64,000 nt of DNA, from contig CAJINV010000011.1 in NCBI GenBank assembly GCA_905178155.1, positions 2,590,485 to 2,654,484 of the forward strand, given 5' to 3'. Positions 50,094 to 62,176 of the stretch are shown here, one piece after another (the stretch's first letter is position 1; the number at the start of each line of letters is the position of its first letter). The notes beneath the pieces were generated by a model. That model saw only the letters and a program-made list of their open reading frames with translations, did no database searches and was not told where the DNA came from. This DNA comes from Amoebophrya sp. A120 (Eukaryota; Protista; Dinoflagellata). The position numbers were made by a program, and so were the translations under genes.

Positions 50094-53000
50094 CATCAAA
50101 GTCCACAGTCGACCAATCAGCGATTTCTCATCAAATCTCTCGCCCAACATTTAACGCGATTTCTCAGCGATAAGCGATCCCTAGAATCCTGAATCGGGAT
50201 TCGGCGGACGTTAACATTGCAAACATACAGCCTCGAAGTTGTGCTGACCCGTGAATAGGGACACAGGAGCGCAAGGGCAAATGAGTACTCCCTGAGTCGC
50301 GGACTCCCTGAGTCTGCCGGGAAAAAAAACCGCTTAACATGACCTTTGCATTGCCAAAGGTCGTGCTAAGTAGATTCAATATCCCCTTCACCCAGGCCGA
50401 CGTTGTGTCCAGGAATGGACCCTGCGCCATGCAGCCAAAAATCCAAAAACATCTCGCGATAAACAGAACCTCTGGGTACCCCGAGGTCTGGTTAACGGAG
50501 TGTCTGGGGCCTGACTCTGTGACAAAACGTCGGCGCCGAGGGGCGCACCAGCGGACGCCCGGGCGCGCCCGCCTGCTCTACGAAGCCTGTGCGCTGAGGT
50601 GGCTGCGTTTCAGATTTGTCACCTGGGGCAGGCAAGTTAGATAAGCCACGCCCGCGGCGACGAGCAGCGTAACACGTTTGCTGCATTTGGACAAAGCGAA
50701 GCAAGGCACGTTTGCCAAATTTGCAAAGTAGTTCTGCTCCAAGATTCATTTTGAAGCACGGGCGGCGGGCCTAGATGCACGAGAGTCGTGGGCTTTTGGA
50801 ATTCACAGGGATTACCGGCTTTGCCGCTAATTCAGCGTTTTAGAGTAAAACAACGCATCAAAGTCCACGGTCGACCAATCGTTCAACCTGACGGCTCGCG
50901 ATGAGTTACATGGTCTGACGGTTTCGTGACGTTTTGAAAAAAGAAAAGCGAAAATTTTATTGTGGCCCGGCACTTCGATGGCTTCGGGCGATGGGCGGCA
51001 AAGCCATGCCGCGAAGCACACCGAGAAGCACCATTGGCCCTACCCCAGGACAGTGTCTGCCTGGGGAGCGTGCACGCATGTCGCCACACGCGTTGAAAAT
51101 TTTGTGGGCCCCCAGAACACAAAAAGACGAAAGAGCAAACCCCAAACGCCCAACGACTGGCATCCCACCAGCCAACGCAGGGGCCCGCAACGGCTGGACG
51201 TTGGCCATATTCTGGGTTGCCGCCTGACGTTTCCCATGGGCGCCTTTGGTGGTACGTAGCTAGGTAGGCCCTCAGGTAGCCCAAGAATGAAATGACGCAT
51301 TTTGGCGGAATGGTGACAAAACCGTCACAAGTTGGAAGGCGGTTCCAATTTGGTTAGTGACAGTTTATCTTCCCCGATTGTATGCTCCGTTTTAGCGGAC
51401 TTTCTGACGAAACCGTCACAAACCGTCAAACAACCGTCACAAACCGTCACCAGAACGTCAAAATCCGATTCTGACGTTCTGGCAAACCGTCACTCATCTG
51501 TCACGAGACTACCAACCAACCAGCAAGGAGACACCACGGGTCCGTCAACCTGCGCGCCGAACGAGATTGTGCACATGCTGTGCCCCCACTAAGCCGAAAG
51601 GAGAAACGAAGCTTCATCAAAGTCCACAATCGACCAATCGGCGATTTGCTTCAAGGCGGGTGTATTGCATGCCAAAAGCAAAAACGGCACTGCGCGCGCC
51701 AGCACTGCGGGCTGCCCTTGCATAGGGCGCAGAACTCCTGTAGGCCCCCTTCGCACCTGCTCGCGCGCTCTGTTAGTTTGAATTGCGGTGGCTGGCGCGC
51801 TCTGCTTTGTTTCTGTGCTGAAGCAAAAAAATGCTGGGCGGTAGCCGGGTCATGGGGTGGGGGAGGCGGGGCTTTCTCTTGAATGATTCACGGACGGGCA
51901 GCGTTTTTTTGCCTTTTCTGAGGATATTCATTCGGAAGCCGGCTCTTGCTGTGAATTTTCGCAAGAGGCGCTGCTTTTCTGGATCTCGATTTTGAATCAT
52001 TCAGCGGCCGGGAGCAAGCGGCCGGGCCTTGCTTCCCTTTTTTTTGCCTCTAGGCACACACGCCGCAGGCCTGGGCAGAGGCCTGGCGCACACGCTGCCA
52101 GATTGCTGTCCAGGCGCAGAACTACCTTGCTTACCGTCTAGGTGCGGGGTGTGTCTTGTTCTGAGTTGCAGAACGAAGAACAGCCTTGCAGGCGGCGGCA
52201 ACGAAGCTAAGGAGGGCACGTAGCTGCGCGCGCAGGCACGTAGCGACGTCTATACTTCTTCTCCCCGGTGCTTGTTGGCGCAGCTATGATGCGCCAATGA
52301 AACAGTGCGCAATTATTTCCGCGTGCCGGAGGCGGAGGCCGCTGCCACGACTTAGACCTCCGGTGGCGCCGTTGGCGTTGTTTTTTTTGCCGCGCCTGCC
52401 CGGTAGTTGCCGGCGGCGGATCCTAGTTGTGGTTCTTCCATAAACAGTGACTATTTTGAAACTCAGGTCGTGGCTGTTGAACCCGGAAAGCGTCGGCTTC
52501 GGTGTCGGTGACGGGCGTGTTTGAAAAAATCACTCTTCTGCAAAGTGTAAATATTCACGGCCGATTTTGAATATATTCAAAATAGATCCATGAAGCTAAA
52601 TGGACTTTGTCCCTTCATAGTCGTCGCACCGCAAAAAGTAAAACAAGGCATCAAAGTCCACAATCGACCAATCGGCGATTGCCGTGTCTTCATCCTCCTG
52701 CATTCCTGCATTACAAATGCAGAAACGAAGGGCGAAGGATACGCGAGCTGAGTAAAAGTTTTATTCAGGCCACCGGATCTGAGTAAAATCTGCGGGCAAA
52801 GAAGAGCCGCCTGGGAAATTCAAAACTTCTCGAATTTCCAGCCGGGTTTTTTTCCATAGACTGGGTCGAGAAGAATCTTTCCCGAGCAAGTCTTTCGAGA
52901 ACATCCCGCCTGGAAGAAGTTCAAAACTTTTTATATTTCCAGCCGGGTTTCCGTTTCTCTCCATGGACTGGGTCGAGAAGAATCTCTCCCGAGCAAGTCT

Positions 53001-54284
53001 GTCGAGAAAATGCCGCTGGGCAGTTCAAACCTTTTTGAATTTCCAGCCGGGTTTTTCTCCATGGACTGGGTCGAAGAGAGAGCAGGCCTCTGGAGAGAAT
53101 GCCGCTTGGAAGTTCCAAAAGTTTGCAACTTTCAAGCGGGCTTCCTCTATCCGATCGCTCGCGAAAGGTTTTTCCGGCACGGCCCTGCCCCTCATGACCC
53201 CTCCCGATGAAGATTTTACTCAGGTCATCTGGCCCGAATAAAAGTTTTACTCAGGCCACCGGAACTGAGTGAGATCTTTACTCAGGACAGGTCACAGGTA
53301 TTTTGTTCTCCCACGAGCAGCAGCTGGAACCTTCGACGAACAAAGGAAGCGCTTTCCTTTGTCCTTCGTTTCTGCGTATACAAATTGCCACCATGATTGG
53401 CAGTGAATTTGTAATGCAGAAGCGAACAACAAGGGCAAACTGTTGACGAAGCGGCCACTTGAATTTTCCTAACTCCGATGGAGGAAAAGTCGAAGCGTCC
53501 AACTCAACAGCTTTGGCTTCCTGTGGCCCGTCATTTCTGCATGACAAGTTTCCAAATTTGGAAATTATTTCTGCGCGACAATTTTTTTTGGAAATTATTT
53601 CTGCATTCTAAATTCCCAAAAATAAAATTCGTCATTCAGAAATGATAGGCGAAAGAGGTGCGAAGGTTGCTGAGGTGGCTCCTTCAATTTCCCTGCATGG
53701 AGGAAAGCTAAAGGTCCGGCCGACCGGATGAGTCTGCTGCCGCGCCCTTTGAAAGAACCACGACCCGGCGCTCTAGGTGGCATGTCATTCCACGGCGCGC
53801 ACGCCCCAGCGTCGCTTTTTTGTTTTCTTACGAAAATGCCCTTGCCCCAGGCCCGTGCCTATCGAATGGAGGAAAACAAAGCAAGCGCGCGGCGCGCAGC
53901 GCCGCGGCAAGGCAAAAAATTTGGGCGCCTGAGGAAGGCGCGGCCTTCTTTTTTAAAAAGTGCACGACGCGCGCGACTCTTTTTTGGTTTTTCTCGTTGC
54001 GATGAAGGCCATTGATTGCATTCTCTTGGGCTTAGGCGATCAGGTATTCTATTTGTGGCGTACCGCCGCGGAGCCGCTTCGCGAAGGGCCGCGACGAATG
54101 CACAAGGATATAACCAAACCACCAACATACCGTGGGGGGAGCAGAACCGCGGGCCGCCTTTTCCCTTCACTGAGTAATGGGGGGGAGGGGGGGGATGCAT
54201 GCATGGTTTTGGGGGGGCATTACTTGAATAATGGTCCGACTTTTGTTGGACAAACAACGCATCAAAGTCCACAATCGACCAATC
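50094..54284. repeat. Array of five exon-derived direct repeats separated by four unique inserts
   Basis: Core CATCAAAGTCCACRRTCGACCAATC at 50094, 50856, 51615, 52649 and 54260. Confidence 0.9.
52706..53420. mobile_element. Non-autonomous TIR element carrying introner-like motifs and internal ~102-bp tandem repeats
   Basis: Inverted pairs CTGCATTACAAAT/ATTTGTAATGCAG and GCAGAAACGAAGG/CCTTCGTTTCTGC. Inverted CTGAGTAAAA/TTTACTCAG clusters. TTTCCAGCCGGGTTT...GACTGGGTCGA at 52835, 52936 and 53040. Confidence 0.6.
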
Positions 54285-54853
54285 GGCGATTTGCTTCAAG
54301 GCGGGTGTGATGATGTGGCTGAAAAGAAACAGACGCTTTTTGTCGGTCCCGAAAAATGTAGTACCGTCGTCCACATCGTGGAAAAGAAAGGGCGCTAGAA
54401 CGCGCTCGAGGTAGGCCTGCCGAAAGGTCTTCATCCTCGAGGACGTCGGCGCGGAAAGACCACAAGAACGGGTCACTTCTTCATCGGTGGTTGTAGTCTT
54501 CATGGTCGAGGAGGGGACAGCATGCTTTTCTTTGTCGCTGTTCGCGTCTTCTTCTACTTTGGTCGTAGCCCCCGTTTTCTGTACTTTCCCGGGCTTGTCG
54601 CCAATAGTCTTCTGTGCTACCTGTATCTCCTTCTCTGTCTCTTCTTCTCTTGCGTCTTCCGGAAGATGTTGATCCATCCAGCCGTAAAATGCCCACTCTT
54701 CGTCCGTGAGACGTATCACTTCGCGCACAATGTGCGGACTCGTCATGAGCCACACCCACGAGTTCCAGGTAAGCGTTCGGCGGTCCAGCGGGAGGACGGT
54801 GCGCACGGGATTGCGCTCGCGGGTTTTCCGGTCGTCGCCGGGTTTGCAGTCGC

Positions 54854-55020
54854 TATGCATCGCAAAACTCTCGTACTAGTAGACGTAGTAAGAGTCGCAA
54901 TACAAAGTAGCTCAGCATGGCAAGTGGCATTCACCATGCAGAATTAGGTGTGAAGAAGTAAGTAATTTGTCTTGCATGACTGCGATTTTTAGTACGAGTG
55001 CGGTACTTTTGCACAGGATA
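54854..55020. mobile_element. Introner-type intron, TGCAAAAGTA family
   Basis: TATGCATCGCAAAACTCTCGTAC ... GTACGAGTGCGGTACTTTTGCACAGGATA. TSD GTCGC/GTCGT. Removing 172 nt gives YLGYDCKPG. Confidence 0.88.
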
Positions 55021-56588
55021 GTCGTACCCGAGGTACGCCTGCTCAAAGATCCATTCCATGGCGTCCACGTAGGAATCCGTGTTGCGGGGGAGCCCATCGG
55101 GGTTAAGTTCCACGGGGTTCGGGGGGGTCTGGAAGACGTAGCGATACTTCGTCACCCCATCAAACAGAATCTCCTCCTCGGGATCCTCCACGAGGTCCTC
55201 CTGCGGCGGCTCATAAAGATCCGCCTGCGCAACAGCGTGTTCGAGTCCTGGGTGCCGCGTCGAGACGGCATGCTTAGACTGGATTTCACCGAGAAGTGTA
55301 GCGTCGCGATCGCAGAGGTGGTTTTTCTTCACAACAACTTCACGCTCTTGACCACAGGTGCTCCTGTGCCCCGTGAGCTCCTGCTGTGCACCGATCTCCA
55401 TCACCTTCGCGACAGCTGCCCCCGTTGTAGCTCCTTGCCTCAAAGATGCGCCGGCGGTGCTGGCGCACTGATACGGACTACCATTGCGCAGCCACCGAAT
55501 TCTCGAGCCTGGCGGCAGTGGCTTGGATTTGTCCGGGTGGAAAACCGTTCGAAATTCTTCTGACGCAATCAGAAAAGGCGCCAGATCCTTCATTTTGCGA
55601 ATCCGCGTGGGATCGACGTGAAAAGTCCACTCCGTACCCCCTAATCCGGATACGATGGTAACTGGGCGAAGCGCAGCTGCTGCGCCATTAGGTGAGGAAG
55701 TAGAGTCGGACTGTGCTGGTCCACTGTCGCCAGGACGGCCGGCGCCATTCTTCCCGGACGCGGCTGAATGCTCCATCCTATTTTTGTTTCTTTGCTTTTG
55801 GCTTTTCTTTTTGTTTTTCATCTTGATGCAGTATCAAGTGGAATAAGAAACAACTTCGGCTGCGGATGCGGCCTAATGTTGAAATACTACATGATCACGA
55901 TATTGCCATGGTCAATCCGGAACAATGAAGCGAGCCTGACAGGAACAGGACACACACTGCACGGAGACCAAATCCTGAGGGAAAAAAAAATCTACATTCG
56001 TAAATACATGTTGAGATTACCATTACCAAAAAAACAACTTAAAAGCTGCTGGTGTAGAGAACCTTCGCGCTGGAGCTGGTTGCTGCTGCTGCGGCACCTG
56101 CACCGCTCACAGGAAATACTGAATTTAGGAGTGCGCGATTAATATCATCGGCGCACTCACATTGACTGAGGACGAGATCAACACACGCTGCAAGAAAATC
56201 GTGAAAATCACGAGCGACGGGCTAGTACATTGCGGAACGCCACAAAAAAGAACAGGTGATCAGTAAAATGCAACACGTCGCAACATGAAAGATCGTGGCA
56301 ATCTTTCGTCATCTACATATCTTTTTACTTTTTTTTTTTGATGATGGTGAAGGAATGGGAATTAATCGTTTATTTTTGACGGTCGGACTCCACTATATAC
56401 GGTTACATGGTTCTCGTTGTGCATTTCATGCGAGTTGAAACGCCGTTACGTTTCGAATCTGAAACGTGCTCCGGCTTTTCTTCCAGTCAAGCTGATCGAT
56501 GGTAATCGAAACTATCTCGTAGGCCACAAGAAACTGGTAAAGAGCGTCCGCCTTTGTTTGCAGTTCTGCAAGGTTCTTCCAAACCCAT

Positions 56589-59033
56589 CTACGATGTCAC
56601 GGTCATGCTTTTTAGTTTATTCATTTCTTCTTCATCCAGCAACCTTTTCCAGTGCCACCACTCGGACTCCCACTGGTGGAGCGATGGCCAAGACGTTTGG
56701 GTTCGGGAGGCCCACACCCAAAAGCGGTCTTGGCCGTCGCTCCAAATGCGCCCGTACTTGTTGCTCCACCCGACCACCGTGTAGTTTGTCGTGTGCCTGT
56801 TGATGCCGATGTTGTGGTGATGATCAGATGTGGTCTCGCTGTCCTCTTCCTGTTCCCCGTGTGTGTAGTCCGACGCCAAAACCGAAACGGATTCAGATTC
56901 AGCAGTAGACGCAAGTCTTATGTAAGTTTCCAACAGCTGTTCGACGTGGTCATTCAGCAGTTCGCAACTTTGCATCCACGTCCTGTCAAAGTTCAATACG
57001 GCACGCGTGAGCTCTTTACTGTACTTTGTGGCCCCTTGTTCTGTCCGCCGCGTCGCGTCTGCAAACTTCTCCGATATGGTCCAGCAAAGTGCTACGCTGT
57101 CATCCGCTCTACGTCGGTCGCGGAAAAGCCGCTCTGCGAGAGTTTCTCCTGAGCGAGAGTGTCGGTACAGAGGTTCCTCTTTCAGAAAACTGCTGTAGGT
57201 TCTCCGGTATGCATTGCGAATATGCAGTCCGGTTTGATGATGTCATGCTCGATCTAGCTGCGGATGATCCTGTTCATGAATGAACTGCAAGGAACATTAT
57301 CCACTTTCTAAAATGAGATTCTAATTGTAGCTGCCAAGCACGACAAGTTGGTACTTCCGCATAATAATTCTTTTTTCGTGATGGAAGCCTGATACTATGC
57401 ATCAACGTGAACATCAAACATGTTGCGCCTGAACTTCATGTCCTCACTCTGTTGTTCAGATGCGAATCGTAGCTCTACGGGTTTATCGTTATTTTAGAAA
57501 TGAACGAAATTACAGGGCTTCCATTTTTCCAGAACTCGGCATATTTGCAGATCATATCCGGGACATCGTGGCGGTCACTTCAAAAGTATGATGAAGAAAC
57601 TGGAACATATCAGCCTTGAGCCCATTTCGGATTTTGCCCCAGACTTCAAGTGTCTTGCCGTTTTCTCGCACGGTAGCAAAGAGGAGCTCGAGAAACTCTG
57701 CGACCACACGCACAAGATGCCTGTCGGTGTCGGTTCGCGAAAGAGCGGTCGTTAATCCAGCAAACATTACTTCGAAATCGACCAGAGACCAGTCGTCTAT
57801 TTGCTGGAGTGCCGGATTGATAATGTGGTCGACAACCGGATCAAAATCAAAACCCAATTCGGAAAATCTATTTGGCTCAGAAAAAAGATAGCAACGTAAG
57901 ACCCGCTCCATATAGTCTTGTCGGAAGGTTTTTCCAGTTTGCGAAGATGCAGCATCCTGGTCGTGGGCCTCCCGCCACCCGTGCGCGAGCCACTCCGCGT
58001 CGGTCATGCGCACGACCTCCCGCACAATGCGTTGGAATCGAAACATAAGACGGCATCCCGCCGCCAGCGGGGGGCGACGATACAGAGGGAGAAGAGCGCC
58101 AATCGGCTGGCTCACGGGATCCATTTCTGGCGGACAATAATCGTCTACCTCGCTAGGCTGAGTGGGGGTCGCAAATTTGTACGCCTGGTCAAAGATCCAG
58201 TCGACCGTCTGCTCGTAGACCTTAGTCATTAGGGGCAAACCAAATTCGTCGACCCTCACTTCACCAACAGTGTCGACCACGTAGCGGTACTTCGTCGTAC
58301 CGTCGAAAGCTAGCTTCTCTTCTTCCGGATTCTCCACTAGGTGCACCTGCACAAGAGCCTCTTCGTCGCCGTCGAGAGCGACCGAGCTGGTGTCGTCGTT
58401 TTGCTCAGTGAAGTCGGAGCAAATGGAACTTGTTCTACAGGCCGGGCTGTTGTCATCTTCGTTTCCCCTATTTCCGCTCGATGCACAAGGATCAAGAGGA
58501 GTCCCACCATGTGCAGGTAATTCTCTATTCGCACCGGCTGCAGTAGACTCACCCTGCAGCGATTTTTCTTGTTGTACTTCGGCAGAACTTGTCGACGGCA
58601 CAGGACGCGCCGTCTCAGCGGTAGTATCTCCTTCAGTTGTGCTTTTGCTCGTCAACAACGAAGACGTGGTCGTGACGCGCAGCCACCGAATTTTGGACGG
58701 TGGCGGGATGGGCTTGCCCGCCTCTAGATAGAAATTCTTGAAACTAGGGGTCTCCACTAGGATGTCCGTTAGGTCCTTGACCACGCGCACTTCGGCAGGG
58801 TCCACGAGCACCGTGTGTTCGCTGCCGTCAAAGCTCGCGATGAAGGTAACGGGTTCTTGCAGTCGTTCTTTACCGTCGGAGATAGGCGCCGGAGGCTTTT
58901 CTTCGACCTGTACTAGGGAGGTCATCTCTGAAGGAGATTTAGCACATGTGTCGCAAACGGGTGTCGACGTTCTCGATTCTTGTTCCAGCTCAGATTGGGC
59001 ATCTGTGCTGGACGACGTTAGCGTAGATATCAT
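56589..59033 (-). CDS. Unknown tandem gene family, paralogue D
   Basis: PPPSKIRWLR, YRYVVDT, WIFDQAY, LLPLYR, EWLAHGW, TFRQDY, HIINPALQQIDDWSLVDF. Second exon ~57195-56589. Confidence 0.72.
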
Positions 59034-59988
59034 GTTGTCGACGGGTTGCTGTTGCCTTTAGTATTAGATTTAGTATGTGCTTTTTCTTTTTCTTTTCGAG
59101 GAATGCAATAAAACAGGCATGAATATTCTTTGTAAGCAAAACAAATCTTTTGTAATTACACAAATTAGAACGCACTTCAATTGTTCCAAAATAAAACTCT
59201 CCTGTAGCATCCAAAAGGCGTTATTAACATTATGCAGCTCGGGACCGATTATCCATTTTTAAAGGTCATTTTAATTTTATCATCACAAATTTTGTACCGA
59301 CTATTCTTTTTTCCGATCCGTTTGTAACGCTAATGGTGAATAAGCAATCGCCGTCAGAACAACGTAAAAGTGGAAGTCGCAATGGGGACCTCTTCTTCGC
59401 CGCGGTGAAGATACTTAAAAAAAACGGCGCAGGCGCACTGATGTTTTGCATCTAGGACTGGAGTTTTTAATTGAAATCGATCGCACATGACAACAATGCA
59501 AGAAACGGCGCGCGAAGATTCAGATAATTTTCGAACATACAACATCAACAGAGGACCAAACGATCTGTCGAATATCATATGTACTCGTTTTCTTTTGTTC
59601 AGGGACGTGAAAAAGTCGTTCGGTTCAAAAATATTGTCCTTTTCGTTCGATGGTTCTATCTTGCCGCAACGTGTTCAACGTGGAGGTGGCTGTCTTGGTC
59701 TTCATCTTCTTCTACTCAAAAGAATTTGCGCTGATCTTGCACGCCGACCATCCTCTTGTCTCAGTTGTCCGCAAAATAAAAACTGAAACCCAAAATCAAA
59801 TCGATGTCCTCGTAGAGGTAGAGCTAGAAACAGAAACTACAAAAGAACAAAATGCATTTATCCTTTTCAAAAACGAGTATGAGATGAACCAGATCAGCGT
59901 CACCCGGATCCCCTTTTGGCCGGGGAAAAGCAAAAGCCAGCACGCGTCGGACCAGCCCTTGGTGCCGCATCGTCACCGAGTTCCACCG

Positions 59989-61420
59989 TTACAAAAACGT
60001 CATTTCCGGCACGAGAAAGGTGTGCACGTCGGGCGAGGTGATTTTCAGAACCCCGGTGGGTTTCCCGCTCTTCGGCTGGAACATTTTGATCGCGACTAGC
60101 GGCAGATCCTGGGGCTGGTACGGTGACTCGGCCGTGACGGAGATTCGGATTGGCGTGGGCACGTCAGTGCCGTTGGTGCCCGGAAAGGACGCGTCCGGGT
60201 TGCCGGACGCCCAGGCGGCGCCGTCGTCCCGGTTGTGGTGGATGTGGAGGTCGTCGGGCCGCACCGGGCGAATCGTGGTCCCGTCGTAGGTGGAATCCCA
60301 ACTGGCGGCCCAGTTCGCGTCGTACAGATTCGGCTCCAGCTGCGAGAGCAGCTTCGTTTTCGCCGCCTGCGATGCGAACTTGCTCAGCTCCTGTTTCGTC
60401 TTGGCTGGGTTGCCCTGAAGATGAGGAAAGTTTTTTCTATTATTCGTGGTGGAACTCTTTATTTTTACAGGGTTGTGCACAAGAGAATTCTGAACTGCAT
60501 TCAACTACATTGCGTCGACCATTTCCATTTTTTGGCCCAACTTGGCATGGTTTATTTTTTCCGATCAAGCAAGAAATAGAAAATTCCTTTACCGTGAGCG
60601 CATCCAAGTCTTCTTGGTTTTTCTCCGATTGCTCCTCTTCCGTCAGCGAGATTTTTGCCGCCGGCTTCCCAGCTGCGGTGTTCTGTTTCTCAATTCTCAT
60701 TTGTTCCTGCTTCTCCGCCTCGTCCTCGAGGGTGACAAAGGAAGTTTTAGTACCGGCTGTGTTCTTGCAGGAGTCCTCCGGACAAGTGCGATATCCAGAA
60801 GTAAGGCCGTGTGAAAAATTGCTTCTACGACAGTTGTGCGGCTTGACACTTCCATGTTCCACCTGCTCTTGGTTGTCGCTGATGAAATAGAAACTACTGT
60901 GAAGTAGATCATTATGACCACGCTGAGCAGACTGACGAGCAGCAGGGGGTCCCGTTACATCGTGAACCACAACCCTTGGTTCTGCGCCTGCCACGTCAAC
61001 ACCGGATCCTCTTTCGATAGAAACCGCCACGTACGACGTTCCATCATGATCGCCGTCGTTCGCAAGCGTGGTCGCGTTTTTCTCCCCCGCGTGGCTGGCC
61101 GCCTCCTCGAGCTGGCTATTGGTCGGGAGCCCGTTCGCCGAGGAACTCGCCGGGTCGACAAACAAGCCGTCAGTGGGGCTGGTTTTCTTGGCGACGCCAC
61201 TGGGTACGTGCTCGCCCGAGAACTGCGGTGTGTCGAGAAAGGACGTTAGGAGGTTCTTCAGCAGAGTCGTCGCTGCAACCAGAGTAGAGGTACTTGTCGT
61301 GTCTCGCGTGCTTCTGCCTTGTACAGTCTGCGTATGTTTCGTCCGCGCCCCGGAAAAGTGCTGTTGAGGAACAAGCAATGAATCGCCATCGGCCAGGAGT
61401 TGTTGCACTAAACCGCACAT
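59989..61420 (-). CDS. Hypothetical protein, at least two exons; 5' end uncertain
   Basis: DLDALT, donor GTAAAG, acceptor CTTCAG, then GNPAKTK, joining ORFs 60440-61420 and 59989-60504 in phase 0. Confidence 0.55.
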
Positions 61421-62176
61421 GTTCGCCGGTCACTTTGCACACTTTTTGCCCTGGGACGCGGGTGGAGCTGATAATTGTAAAGAGCTCGACACGTCGACGT
61501 CGCACCTATCTTTGACTTGGTGAGCATCAAATAAAACTGATCAACCTACTACTCTCGAGCAGAGGTACTTCTACCAGACGCGGCAATGCTGTGGCCGGTA
61601 CGAGGCCAAGAAGCTAGTTTCGTCAATCAAAAACGAATATATGCGGCAAACCCTTGAACACGTATAAAGGCTGAGTCACAACGAAATGATGAAGACGAAG
61701 CGACGAAAGCGCTCGCGACACGAGCTTCGACGAAATCGATGGGAACATGAACAGCACTCGCTTCTACTGTCGAATATTTCGAAGGCAAGAATGCGGCCGT
61801 AGGCTTTTAGGTAGGCCGGCCAACCTGTTCTTTCATCTCGATCATTTCTTTCTTTTTTTGTCTCTCATCCACCACAAACTCTTCTCGGGTGGAGACCGAC
61901 ACGACATGCATTTTTTTTTTCTTGTGTGCGAGAAGTTTTTGAGGGGTTGTTTTTGAGGCTGATCGTACAGAGCGGTTCCTATCACAGCGAAGATGATGCG
62001 AGGCCAGCGTTTCTAAGTTTGAAGATTCATATTGTTCGTTCTTGGAAGATCCAAATCATGGTATTTAGCGGCGTGTTGAGTGGACGAGTCACGAGCTCGA
62101 ACTCGAACTTCTGCTGCTCAGGGACAACAAGCTTCTTCTGAAATAAACAACTCTGACCCATCTCCCGCAGCTAGAA

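Larger units (their letters stand above)
49200..55821 (-). pseudogene. Unknown tandem gene family, paralogue C, split by a ~4.1-kb insertion array (may be a pseudogene or be rescued by processing)
   Basis: 5' part (55821-54252) has PPGSRIRWLR, YRYVFQTP, WIFEQAY, EWAFYGW, TFRQAY and ends IADWSIVDFDALF. The 3' part resumes at ~50126 with IADWSTVDFDALFYFLRF, then a GT-AG intron to acidic exon ~49697-49200. Colinear with intact paralogue D. Confidence 0.65.

Noticed and set aside
50094-54284. CRISPR array
   Set aside because: The repeat is part of a protein-coding exon, its length varies, the inserts are 0.7-1.6 kb, no cas genes are present and the DNA is eukaryotic.
60417-60593. Possible introner in the 59989-61420 gene
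   Set aside because: Fully explained by a phase-0 GT-AG intron; no TIR or TSD.
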